IMG/VR virus record: IMGVR_UViG_3300028733_000004
Location: 1 to 56,346 of that record
Strand: one strand, 5' to 3'
Length of the DNA: 56,346 nucleotides
Source: a virus
Lineage: Duplodnaviria; Caudoviricetes
The notes beneath the pieces are model-generated. The model did no database searches. It saw only the letters and a program-made list of their open reading frames with translations, and had not been told where the DNA came from. The position numbers and the translations under genes are program-made. Positions 46,542 to 56,025 of the stretch are shown in pieces (the stretch's first letter is position 1; each line of letters starts with the position of its first letter).

Positions 46542-48821
46542 ATGATATCAAGGTACCACATAATAAAGAATTTTAAAGAACTTAAACTACTTGTAAAAGC
46601 TTGCAAGGAAACTAAGTATGCAAGCTTTGACTTTGAATCTAATGCTAAAAGCATATACTCTGATGAGTTCTACCCTACTATACTATCCGTATCATTTCAA
46701 GTAGGTTCTTCAGTTATATTACCACTAGCTCATTTTGATTCACCATTCTTATCAGGTAAAAATAAACCAACCTGGCTTAAGATGTTAGAATACTTTGGTA
46801 GACATGTAATTGAGAATCCAGATATAACTAAGGTAGCATGGAATTGGAAGTTTGATAATCAGATAATGGCAAGGTACAACATCTGGCATAAGGGTAGAGC
46901 CTTAGATGGTATGCTTGCAAAATATCTCCTGGATGAGGAAAGGCCAATGGGTTTAAAAGATATGGTAAAAAGGTATCTACCTGAATTTTCAGGCTATGAA
47001 AATTATGAAGGTAGTAAATTGCCATGGGATAAAAAACCTTTAGAGGGGTTAAGTAAATATAGTGGACAAGATTCTGACTGTACCTTACGACTTATGCTAT
47101 TCTTTGAAAAGAAACTCATTGACTTAGGCTTCTATAGTTTATATAGAAATTTAATTATGATGGCTAGCAGAGTACTGGAGGATGCTGAAAGAAATGGTAT
47201 GAAGCTTGATATTGAACTAAATCATGAACTTGGTATTAAATATGATGCATTAACAGAAGAGGCCCAAAAGAAACTTAGGGAGATGTCAAGGGTTATGAAG
47301 TTTGAAAAGGCTTTAATAAAAGACAGGAGGGAAGCTTATATATCAAAGATAGAGGATGAAATTGAAGCTATAAATAATGAGATTGAAGAACTTGATGACC
47401 AAAAGAAAATCAATGCAGCTAATAAAAAGATTGATTCCAGGGAGGAAAAAATAAGCAGGTTAACAGTTGGTGACTTTAGAACTAATGATGAAAAGAAACT
47501 TATAGAGCCAATTAACTTTGGTTCACCATTAGTAATGGGGGCTTTACTTTACACCCATAAAAAAGGGTTTAAATTCCCCATACAAAACTATACTGATAAA
47601 GGTGCACCATCTACAGCTGAAGAGGATATACTAAAACTAAAGGATTATGATAAACATGGTTTTATAGATGGGCTTATAGAGTTAAGGGGGTTCCAAACCA
47701 TTAATTCCACATTTGTAAAAGGTATTGGTGAAAAGGTTGGATCAGATGGTAGGATTCACCCTAAGTTTAATATACATGGAACAACTACAGGAAGGCTTAG
47801 TTCTAACGACCCAAATTTTCAAAATCTCCCAAGGGTTACAACCAACGAGGATATTAAAAGGATGATGATACCAGGTGAAGGCAAGATATTCATCATGCTC
47901 GATTATTCTCAGGCTGAGTTAAGGGTACTTGCTCATCTTGCAAAAGAAGAAACCATGCTTATGTGGTTTAGAACTGGTAGGGATATTCACCTTGCTACAG
48001 CTTGTAAGAAATACAAAACTGATTATGAGGAAACACTTGTAATATATAAGGATGAACAACACCCCGAATATAAAACGTGGAAGAAGAGAAGAAAACAAGC
48101 TAAGACAATTAATTTTGGTATAGCTTATGAACAAACTGCTATGAAGTTATCTGAGTCACTATCTGAGCCAGGTGCACCAGTTTCAATTGAAGAAGCTCAG
48201 GTTGAGTTAGATGCTTGGTTTTTAGAATTTCCAAAGGTAAAGAAATTTATTGAAAAACAACATAGGTTTGCAGAGAAACATGGTTGGGTTAAAACAATGT
48301 TTGGTAGGAAGAGAAGGTTACCCGGAGTATATAGTGAAGTATATAGAGAATATCTAGAGGCATTAAGATTTGCATCTAATTCACCTATTCAGGGAACTGC
48401 TACTGACTTTGCACTATTCTCATCCATATTAATATGGGAAAAGATTAAACTAGGTGAGTTACCAAGAATACATGAAAACACAACAGTACATGACTCCATT
48501 GTATATGAGGCAGATCCTAAGGATGTAACTCCATTCTTAATCCATGCACTATGGTCAATATGCAAGAACCCAAGTACTAAACAGTACTTTGGCTTCCAAA
48601 TTGATGACGTTGAGATGGATGCTGACTTTGGGGTTGGAAGAAACTATGGTGAAGAATTGCCCTTTGTACCAGGCTATGACTATACTAATCTACTATCAAA
48701 AGACTTCAATAAAGATGATTATTACAAGGAATTTAATAAAGTACGGGACATCCCTTATTCAGATTTTCCAATTAAGTTCAATGATAACTTTAATAAAAGT
48801 AAAGCCCTATATGCAAGATAA
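46542..48821 (+). CDS. polA: Family A DNA polymerase with 3'-5' exonuclease
   Basis: ExoI FDFES, NWKFD; TTTGRLSS, motif A DYSQAELR, B KTINFG, C VHDS; start taken at ATG 46542. Confidence 0.96.
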   Translation: MISRYHIIKNFKELKLLVKACKETKYASFDFESNAKSIYSDEFYPTILSVSFQVGSSVILPLAHFDSPFLSGKNKPTWLKMLEYFGRHVIENPDITKVAWNWKFDNQIMARYNIWHKGRALDGMLAKYLLDEERPMGLKDMVKRYLPEFSGYENYEGSKLPWDKKPLEGLSKYSGQDSDCTLRLMLFFEKKLIDLGFYSLYRNLIMMASRVLEDAERNGMKLDIELNHELGIKYDALTEEAQKKLREMSRVMKFEKALIKDRREAYISKIEDEIEAINNEIEELDDQKKINAANKKIDSREEKISRLTVGDFRTNDEKKLIEPINFGSPLVMGALLYTHKKGFKFPIQNYTDKGAPSTAEEDILKLKDYDKHGFIDGLIELRGFQTINSTFVKGIGEKVGSDGRIHPKFNIHGTTTGRLSSNDPNFQNLPRVTTNEDIKRMMIPGEGKIFIMLDYSQAELRVLAHLAKEETMLMWFRTGRDIHLATACKKYKTDYEETLVIYKDEQHPEYKTWKKRRKQAKTINFGIAYEQTAMKLSESLSEPGAPVSIEEAQVELDAWFLEFPKVKKFIEKQHRFAEKHGWVKTMFGRKRRLPGVYSEVYREYLEALRFASNSPIQGTATDFALFSSILIWEKIKLGELPRIHENTTVHDSIVYEADPKDVTPFLIHALWSICKNPSTKQYFGFQIDDVEMDADFGVGRNYGEELPFVPGYDYTNLLSKDFNKDDYYKEFNKVRDIPYSDFPIKFNDNFNKSKALYAR

Positions 48822-49254
48822 AATAACACAAATCAGTAAGATTAAGCGGGATGTATTAACTGTACACTATAAGGGTGAGAAAATAAACATAAACATTTCC
48901 CAGGAATTATCCATAAGTGAAAATGTTATCAACTCTCAATTAAAAGAGAGTCCTTCTAGTTATGCATTCCTTTGTTTACTAAGAGATAAACAAGTAAAAC
49001 TCCGTGATACTCTAGAAAGGAGCAAGGATGTTGCCTATAGTGAAGCTTATATATATTATAAGGGGTCTGGTAGTGGCATTACCAATGAAACAGCACAACA
49101 TAAGGCTAACTCTAACCCCAAATATAAAAGCTTATATAAAAAATACCTAAGGGCAGTTAGTAAGGCAAGCAACTTTATTTCAATATGCAGGGCCTATGAG
49201 GGTAGGGAAAAGATATTACAAACAGTATCAGCTAATCTACGTAGAGAACACTAA
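48811..49254 (+). CDS. Recombination mediator UvsY-like helical protein
   Basis: Start ATG 48811 (MQDK); all-helical, ends LQTVSANLRRE. Confidence 0.6.
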   Translation: MQDKITQISKIKRDVLTVHYKGEKININISQELSISENVINSQLKESPSSYAFLCLLRDKQVKLRDTLERSKDVAYSEAYIYYKGSGSGITNETAQHKANSNPKYKSLYKKYLRAVSKASNFISICRAYEGREKILQTVSANLRREH

Positions 49255-49293
49255 AGAATTTCTATAAACTATTAATATATAAACAAAAACATT

Positions 49294-49704
49294 ATGAATT
49301 TAGCAACAATGCTTGGCCAGTCTCTTATTTCAAAAGATACTGCAATGTTAATCAACAGTGAGTTATACAAAAGGGGTCAGGTAACTGAGAACCGGGTTAT
49401 AATCATTACACCTAAAGAAATTGAGGGTAGGACTGCATCTGGTATAATCATACCCGGAGAAGTAACAGAAGGGGTACCAAGAAAGGGTATCTGTGTTCAA
49501 ATGGGAGAGTTCACTGAAGAGAATCGGACCTATACCTCTGTAGTTGGGATTGGTAATGTACTTACCTATGGCTTATATGCTGGTAAGGAAATTGATCTAC
49601 TAGAACCCCTATTAGTAAAAGGTTTTAACCCTGACAAACATGAACTAAGGTGTATATCAGTTAATGAGATTATGTATTCTGAGTATCCAATTAAACTAAC
49701 ATAA
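49294..49704 (+). CDS. groES: GroES-like co-chaperonin
   Basis: ENRVII...RTASGIIIP...KGICVQMG...YGLYAGKEI. Confidence 0.85.
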   Translation: MNLATMLGQSLISKDTAMLINSELYKRGQVTENRVIIITPKEIEGRTASGIIIPGEVTEGVPRKGICVQMGEFTEENRTYTSVVGIGNVLTYGLYAGKEIDLLEPLLVKGFNPDKHELRCISVNEIMYSEYPIKLT

Positions 49705-49716
49705 TAAAGTAAAGTC

Positions 49717-50517
49717 ATGAGAGCAGAGAAGGAAGACAAAACTAAAAAGAAGAAGTTATCTACAGGTGGTAAAACTGCCCGTGAGAAAATGATGGACCGG
49801 AAAAAAGACCTTGAAAAACGTAGTGCAGGTGGTGGATTCATATTCCCAAAAGTTGGTACAACAAGGCTACGCCTAAAGTCACCAGGTGATGATGAAGAAT
49901 TAGCCATTGAGGTAATTCAGTTCTACCTGGGTAAAGAATTGGGTGGTGTGGTATCCCCAGCAACATTTGATGAACCCTGTCCATTTATGGATAAGTACAA
50001 AGAACTAAAGGATTCAGATGATGATGATGACAAAGCATTAGCAAAACGTCTGGTACCTAAAAGGAAGTATGCAATTGGGTGTGACTCTTACAAGGACGAA
50101 AAGGGTAAAGAAGTTGATCAAACTGACAAAGCAGTACTTGTTGCAAGAGGTGCTTACCAGGACATTACTGAACTCTACCTTGATGAGGATGAGTGGGGGG
50201 ATATGACTGATAAAAAAGAAGGGTATGATATTAAAATTATCAGAACTGGGGTTGGCCAACTAGATACATCTTATTCTGTATCACCTTGCCAAAAGAAAGC
50301 ATTACCCAAAGACCGTTCAAATACTTGCGACCTTGAAAAAATTGTAAGGTCACAAATTCCTTCATTTGAGGAACTTGAGGATACACTTGCTAAGTTCTTA
50401 AACTCAGGTGAGGATGGGGATGCTCCAGCAAAAAAACCCAAGGATAGTAAATCCAGGGACAAGTTCAAAGAAGGTCTAAAGGACAAAAAGAAAAAGAAAA
50501 GAGTAAGAGATATTTAA
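49717..50517 (+). CDS. Single-stranded DNA-binding protein (gp32-like)
   Basis: GTTRLRL, EPCP, EGYDIKIIRTG.G..DTSYSV; charged tail; upstream of recA. Confidence 0.75.
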   Translation: MRAEKEDKTKKKKLSTGGKTAREKMMDRKKDLEKRSAGGGFIFPKVGTTRLRLKSPGDDEELAIEVIQFYLGKELGGVVSPATFDEPCPFMDKYKELKDSDDDDDKALAKRLVPKRKYAIGCDSYKDEKGKEVDQTDKAVLVARGAYQDITELYLDEDEWGDMTDKKEGYDIKIIRTGVGQLDTSYSVSPCQKKALPKDRSNTCDLEKIVRSQIPSFEELEDTLAKFLNSGEDGDAPAKKPKDSKSRDKFKEGLKDKKKKKRVRDI

Positions 50518-50543
50518 TCCTACCCTAATAAAACAACAACTAG

Positions 50544-50578
50544 TAAGGGGCGGTATATTATATGTCGCCCCTTATTTC
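50544..50578 (+). terminator. Intrinsic terminator
   Basis: TAAGGGGCGGTATA...TATGTCGCCCCTTA followed by TTT. Confidence 0.8.
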
Positions 50579-50599
50579 ATGTACTAAACAAAAAGATTC

Positions 50600-51748
50600 A
50601 TGGCAAAGAAAACTAAGATAGGTATAACCATACCTACAAAAAATGAGTTAATGAAAAGGTACCCTGGGATGTCAGTAGCTTCTGAAAATGATGATGATAG
50701 ATACCCAAGAATACCATCAAGGCATTTAGCCTTCAATTACCAAACAGGGGGAGGTCTTCCATATGGTAAAATCATGGAGATATATGGAGAAGAGTCTTCA
50801 GGTAAATCTCTAATGGCCTATGATTTCGCTTATGTAACCCAAGCATTAGGTGGAGTAGTTCTAATAGCAGATGCAGAACAAGCATTCACTAATGCCTGGG
50901 CAATAGCAAATGGATTAGATTTAACAAGGATAATAAGGTTACCTTCAACAGTAGTTGAAGAGATATCTGATTGGCTTGCAGATATGGCAATATATTGGAG
51001 ATCACAATTAACCCACAATGAACCCATATTATTCATATTAGACTCAACTGCTGCGTTGGATTGTATGGTAAATATCAATTCAAAAATGGTAGACTCTAAA
51101 GCCGATATGGGTAATAGAGCAAAAGCTATTTACAAGATGCTAAGGGTACGTTCTGAGTTAATGTTTAAACTAGGTGTATCACAGATATACATTAACCAAT
51201 TAAGAAAGAATCTAAAAGCTGGTATGTTTGAGAATCCTGATACTACACCAGGAGGCGGTGCAATGAAGTTTTATGCTTCTATACGTATTGCTTTTTATGG
51301 TGGTAAACAAATCCTTGAAAAGATAAAAGGTAAAGATAGGAAAGTAGGCAGGGTAACTTCAATAAGGGTTATGAAAAATAAAGTTGGGCCCCCAAGGGGA
51401 ACTATAAAGGGTGCACCCATGTATTTCAACCAGGATGGTAAAAAAGATATTGGCTTTGATAAGTATTATTTTTTATCCGACTCATTACTAGAAGCCGGTG
51501 CTATAAGCAAAAACAATGGTGGTACTTACTCTATAAAGGGTGTAACTTTATGTAGGGGGGATGAGAAATTCCTTGCATTAATTGAAAAAGATGATGATCT
51601 TCGTAGGAAGTTATTACGTAAAGCTAATATCAATACTATCAGCACTACAAGAAAGAAAATTGAAGGCTTAGGAGTTAACCTATTTCCAGTAGGTAATGTA
51701 AAGTATACGTCACAGGTAAAGGAGGCTGATGAGAATGAAGATGAATAG
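50600..51748 (+). CDS. recA: RecA/UvsX recombinase
   Basis: GGLPYGKIMEIYGEESSGKS, ILDS, INQLR, TTPGGGAMKFYAS, KNKVGPP. Confidence 0.95.
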   Translation: MAKKTKIGITIPTKNELMKRYPGMSVASENDDDRYPRIPSRHLAFNYQTGGGLPYGKIMEIYGEESSGKSLMAYDFAYVTQALGGVVLIADAEQAFTNAWAIANGLDLTRIIRLPSTVVEEISDWLADMAIYWRSQLTHNEPILFILDSTAALDCMVNINSKMVDSKADMGNRAKAIYKMLRVRSELMFKLGVSQIYINQLRKNLKAGMFENPDTTPGGGAMKFYASIRIAFYGGKQILEKIKGKDRKVGRVTSIRVMKNKVGPPRGTIKGAPMYFNQDGKKDIGFDKYYFLSDSLLEAGAISKNNGGTYSIKGVTLCRGDEKFLALIEKDDDLRRKLLRKANINTISTTRKKIEGLGVNLFPVGNVKYTSQVKEADENEDE

Positions 51749-52637
51749 TTTATTAATAATTGATGGAGAAAATCTATTACACAGGGCATACCATAAGTTC
51801 TTAGGCTTCAAGTCTACTGAAGGAGTTCCAACTGGTGCAATATATGGTTTTCTAAAGATCCTACACTCTAATATATTTAGGTTCAAGCCTGAATATGTTA
51901 TTGTTACATTTGATAATGGCAGATCAAAACATAGGACTAACATACTTCCAGGTTATAAGACACGACCTAAAAAACTGGGTATGGATTATGAGTCATTACA
52001 AAAACAAAAAAAGTTGATAATGAAGATCCTTAGAAGGTTGGGAGTACCTTATGTATTTGATAAATCATTCAGTAATGAATGGGAGGCTGATGATTACATT
52101 GCTTACTTAGCTAAAACCTTTGAGGGTGAAGTAACTATACTATCCTCTGACAAAGATTTTCACCAACTGATATCTAAAAGGGTAAAGGTAATGAGCCCAT
52201 CTAAAGACCAATTAATCACTGAAGTTAATTGCATAAAGTTAACTGGGTATAATCCTGACCAATGTGTTGATTGGTTATCAATGGTGGGGGATGAATCCGA
52301 TAGCATACCCGGCTATAGAGGCATTGGAGAAGTAAAAGCTACTGCATTACTTAAGAAATATAACTGTATAGAGAAATTTATAATGGGCGATTACAAAGAA
52401 AGTAGGGTAAATAAGCAAACACTTAATGAAGTAATGACTAAGAATAGGCACCTTATTGATCTTAACTTCTTTATAAGAAAATACCCAATGGTAAAAAACA
52501 TACCCATAAAATATGGGAAGGATGAATTTATAAACAGGAAGCTAGTAACCATGTTTAATGGGTACTCTCTATCCTCATTCCAGTCTACTGAATTTATAAA
52601 CACCTTTAAAGAATTAAGCAAATGGAAAGTAAAGTAA
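51729..52637 (+). CDS. 5'-3' exonuclease / flap endonuclease
   Basis: LIIDG, VTFD, EADD, SSDKD, GDESDSIPG..GIG. Confidence 0.93.
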   Translation: MRMKMNSLLIIDGENLLHRAYHKFLGFKSTEGVPTGAIYGFLKILHSNIFRFKPEYVIVTFDNGRSKHRTNILPGYKTRPKKLGMDYESLQKQKKLIMKILRRLGVPYVFDKSFSNEWEADDYIAYLAKTFEGEVTILSSDKDFHQLISKRVKVMSPSKDQLITEVNCIKLTGYNPDQCVDWLSMVGDESDSIPGYRGIGEVKATALLKKYNCIEKFIMGDYKESRVNKQTLNEVMTKNRHLIDLNFFIRKYPMVKNIPIKYGKDEFINRKLVTMFNGYSLSSFQSTEFINTFKELSKWKVK

Positions 52638-53272
52638 AACGTATTATGTTTGTGGGTCCCAGTGGGATAGGCAAGACCCACCTATCCAAGTTTATTGCAG
52701 ATAAATATGGTATACCATTCATAAGTGGTTCATACTCTGATATGGTACCATCAACTAAAGATCAAAGCCATGCTGATATGGTAAGCAAGGATTCAAAGGT
52801 AATTTATAATGAAGATTATAAGTTGCTATGGGCAAGGGCAAAGGTATACTTAGGCTATACTACTAAAGGTTTAAGTTTTGTAACCGACAGGTCATATATT
52901 GATAGCATTGCATATTTCATATACAAACTTTCAAAAGTAATACCCAAGTGTGAAATTGAAGGTTTTGAACATGCAGCAAAAATGCTATTATTCAGGGACT
53001 GTACCCACCTAATTGTAATGCAATGTACTGAATCAATGGTTGATACCTGGAGAGTTGAAAATAATGAAAAGAGGATATTAAATACATATTTCCAGTGGAT
53101 GGTATCTATGGTAATGATAGGAGTACTTAAAAGATTGGGCTTAAGAACTGGTAAATACTTTGGCCATACATACAGTTACATGCCAATGGGTATAAAAGTA
53201 CTTGTTTTAAATAACAGGAACATGGAGAATAACAAAGTACTAATCAGTAAATTCTTGGGCAATGTCAAATAA
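52622..53272 (+). CDS. P-loop dNMP kinase-like protein
   Basis: GPSGIGKT; TDRSYID. Confidence 0.8.
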   Translation: MESKVKRIMFVGPSGIGKTHLSKFIADKYGIPFISGSYSDMVPSTKDQSHADMVSKDSKVIYNEDYKLLWARAKVYLGYTTKGLSFVTDRSYIDSIAYFIYKLSKVIPKCEIEGFEHAAKMLLFRDCTHLIVMQCTESMVDTWRVENNEKRILNTYFQWMVSMVMIGVLKRLGLRTGKYFGHTYSYMPMGIKVLVLNNRNMENNKVLISKFLGNVK

Positions 53273-54281
53273 AAGACCCATAGCAATTGCTTTCTCAGAC
53301 TTACACCTGAATATCTGGACTAAGTTTAACAAAGACAACAGCAGAACAATGAACCAGTTCGAGGTTCTTCACTACATAAGAAAGCAATGTATAAAAAAGA
53401 AGGTTCCGGCCTTCTTTCTTGGTGATATGCTACACAAACCCGAGAGCATCGATAGTGACCTATTCAGGCTTATAATTGAAGAGTTTATTAGGCTAAACAC
53501 AGAACCCCTTTGGAACTGCTTCTTCATTGAAGGCAACCATGAGATAAAGAATAAGAACCAATTGGTAACACTTGGCCAAGGCACTGCCCATACTGATAAG
53601 CCATCAGTCTATACCTCACCTGGTATAGTGTCATCGCTATCAAAAATATTCAACTTTCTAAATCCCATAAATGGGTACGTAGGTTTATATGGTGGATATA
53701 AGGTTTGGGGTATATCCTACCTTGACCATAACCAAGGTTTGAATAAACACTTAACTGAAATAATACTAAGGTTTAATCAGCATGATAAGAACATCCTATT
53801 ACTACATACAGATTACCCAGGTGCAAAAGATACTGATGGTTCTGAAGTTGGTTCAAGTGAAAATATCAATGTAAACCTTATCAATAAATTTGATCTAGTA
53901 TTATGTGGCCACATACATAAACCACAAAGGCTTTCAAAAAAGGTATACATGATTGGTGCACCCATCCAACAAAGGAGGACAGATAGGAATTGTGAAATGG
54001 GTTATTGGGTAATATACAATGACCTATCTGTTAAGTTTAAATCCCTTGCAAAGAAGTTCCCCAAATTTATAGATGTTGAAAAGGAAGAAGGTATTAAAGA
54101 TGATTATAACTATTACACAGTAATTCCTAAGCATATTCTAGTAAACACAGATACTAAGAGTAATAGAATTACTGCTAATCTTTCTAAAACTAAACTAGCA
54201 AAGAAGTATATGCGTGAAAAAGGCATCAAAGATAAAGACAAATCAAGGTTACTAACTAAACTACTGAAAGACAATGATTAA
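53262..54281 (+). CDS. sbcD: SbcD/Mre11-like metallophosphoesterase nuclease
   Basis: SDLH, LGD, GNH, LH, GHIH. Confidence 0.9.
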   Translation: MSNKRPIAIAFSDLHLNIWTKFNKDNSRTMNQFEVLHYIRKQCIKKKVPAFFLGDMLHKPESIDSDLFRLIIEEFIRLNTEPLWNCFFIEGNHEIKNKNQLVTLGQGTAHTDKPSVYTSPGIVSSLSKIFNFLNPINGYVGLYGGYKVWGISYLDHNQGLNKHLTEIILRFNQHDKNILLLHTDYPGAKDTDGSEVGSSENINVNLINKFDLVLCGHIHKPQRLSKKVYMIGAPIQQRRTDRNCEMGYWVIYNDLSVKFKSLAKKFPKFIDVEKEEGIKDDYNYYTVIPKHILVNTDTKSNRITANLSKTKLAKKYMREKGIKDKDKSRLLTKLLKDND

Positions 54282-55989
54282 GTTTGGGAAACTAATAATA
54301 AAAGGCTTCTGCTCTATCCAGGATTATGAAATTGATCTTGATGGGGGGCATATAACTATTATACGAGGAGAAAATGGAGTAGGTAAAACTACGCTCCTAT
54401 CAGCAATAACATGGGTACTCTATAATAAGACAGCTAAGGAAGATGCTAAAGACGTAAACACATGGAAAGAAAGAAGGCCAAAAGATTACAGGGGTACTAG
54501 TGTAGAGATATACTGGAATAATGGTACAACACTACACCAAGTAATTAGGTGTTCTAACTATGGTGAAAAAGTACATGGCTCAAAGGGTGCTAATAGGCTG
54601 ATATATCTAATAGAAGGCGTAGAGGTTAAGAATAAAAGGAAGGATGAGATACAGGCCCTAATTGAAGCTAACCTTACACTATCCTACTCTCTATTCAAGA
54701 ACTCTATCATGTTTGGCCAGGGCCTAAAGAGATTAATACAAGAATCTGGTACAGAGAAAAGGAAACTATTCGAAGAAGTATTCGATGTAAGCTACCTATC
54801 AGTAGTAAGAACAGTTGCACAAAAGGAAAGGGACAAGATAAAAGAAGAACTTAGTTTAATAACAAATCCTTTAAATACAATGAGGGCTAGTTATGAAACT
54901 AATAAAGAAACCTACCTAGAACTAAAAGCAAGAGAATCAAATCAAGCAACTGCTATAGGTGAAGAACTTGAGGAATATATAACTCAACTAAAGGAAATAA
55001 AAAGAACTTTAAGAAGGTACGACCCAGAGATTGAAAAGTCACTAGCTAAGGCTACTGAAAAAAAGGTCCGGCTTAAAGAACAACTAGAAGAGTTACGAGA
55101 AAATTATAACTCTAACAAAAAAAAGGTATCAGATGTAACTTCAGTTAAAGGCTTAGGTAGTTTAGTAAAAGAGATTATTGGGTTAATCATAATAAACCCT
55201 CACTTGGCAATATCAAAGTTAAAAGAACTTGAATCGGCAATAGTTGAAATGAATAACTACCATGATGAGTATGAAAGGCTTAATAATAAGCTTATTAGCA
55301 TAAGAGATGAAGAAAATGAGTGGCATAACATAGTTGAGAAGAATAAGAAGAACCTGGAAATAGCTAATACTATAGAAAAGAAAATTGACATAATCAAGAA
55401 TGCCAAGTTAGAAGTACTTTCTCCTAAGTATAAAGAGAAGTATTTGAAATACAAAGAGGAGATAAGAGTTCTGGAAAAGAAGTTATTACCTATTGAAAAG
55501 CAACTCAATGATTATAATTGGGTAATAGATGATCCACTTGGTAGCAACGGGATCAAGTCATATATATTTGAATCATCAATGGATGGTATAAATGATATAC
55601 TAATGCAATATGCTGATACCCTGGGATTAAGAATAGAATTTGGGGTAGACCTATCAAATACAAGGAAGGACTTTTATACACTAGTAGAGATAGGTGGTAT
55701 AGTAGTTGATTATGCTGATTTATCCGGTGGCCAAAAGCAATTAGTTAATCTTGCTATGGCTTTTGCAATGTGGGAATCCACTTCTAGTACAAAAGATATT
55801 AATATACTATTTCTAGATGAAGTATTTGAAAGCTTATCTAGAAGTAATATCGAAATAGTGGTAGACCTTATAAAGCAATTGTCTAAGGGCAAGAGCATAT
55901 ACATCATCACACACCAGGAAAACCTACCCCTTAGCAATGCTAAGATCTTAAACCTAGACTCTAAGAATGGTCTAACTACCTTTAACTAA
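54274..55989 (+). CDS. sbcC: SbcC/Rad50-like SMC ATPase
   Basis: GENGVGKT, coiled coil, LSGGQ, FLDEVF, ITH. Confidence 0.92.
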   Translation: MIKFGKLIIKGFCSIQDYEIDLDGGHITIIRGENGVGKTTLLSAITWVLYNKTAKEDAKDVNTWKERRPKDYRGTSVEIYWNNGTTLHQVIRCSNYGEKVHGSKGANRLIYLIEGVEVKNKRKDEIQALIEANLTLSYSLFKNSIMFGQGLKRLIQESGTEKRKLFEEVFDVSYLSVVRTVAQKERDKIKEELSLITNPLNTMRASYETNKETYLELKARESNQATAIGEELEEYITQLKEIKRTLRRYDPEIEKSLAKATEKKVRLKEQLEELRENYNSNKKKVSDVTSVKGLGSLVKEIIGLIIINPHLAISKLKELESAIVEMNNYHDEYERLNNKLISIRDEENEWHNIVEKNKKNLEIANTIEKKIDIIKNAKLEVLSPKYKEKYLKYKEEIRVLEKKLLPIEKQLNDYNWVIDDPLGSNGIKSYIFESSMDGINDILMQYADTLGLRIEFGVDLSNTRKDFYTLVEIGGIVVDYADLSGGQKQLVNLAMAFAMWESTSSTKDINILFLDEVFESLSRSNIEIVVDLIKQLSKGKSIYIITHQENLPLSNAKILNLDSKNGLTTFN

Positions 55990-56025
55990 TTAAACTATTA
56001 ATAACTAAACAAACACAAACATGGG

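Noticed and set aside
48544-48810. N-terminal extension of the 236-aa ORF overlapping polA
   Set aside because: Overlaps the conserved PolA C-terminus; ATG 48811 gives a normal short overlap and a coherent protein
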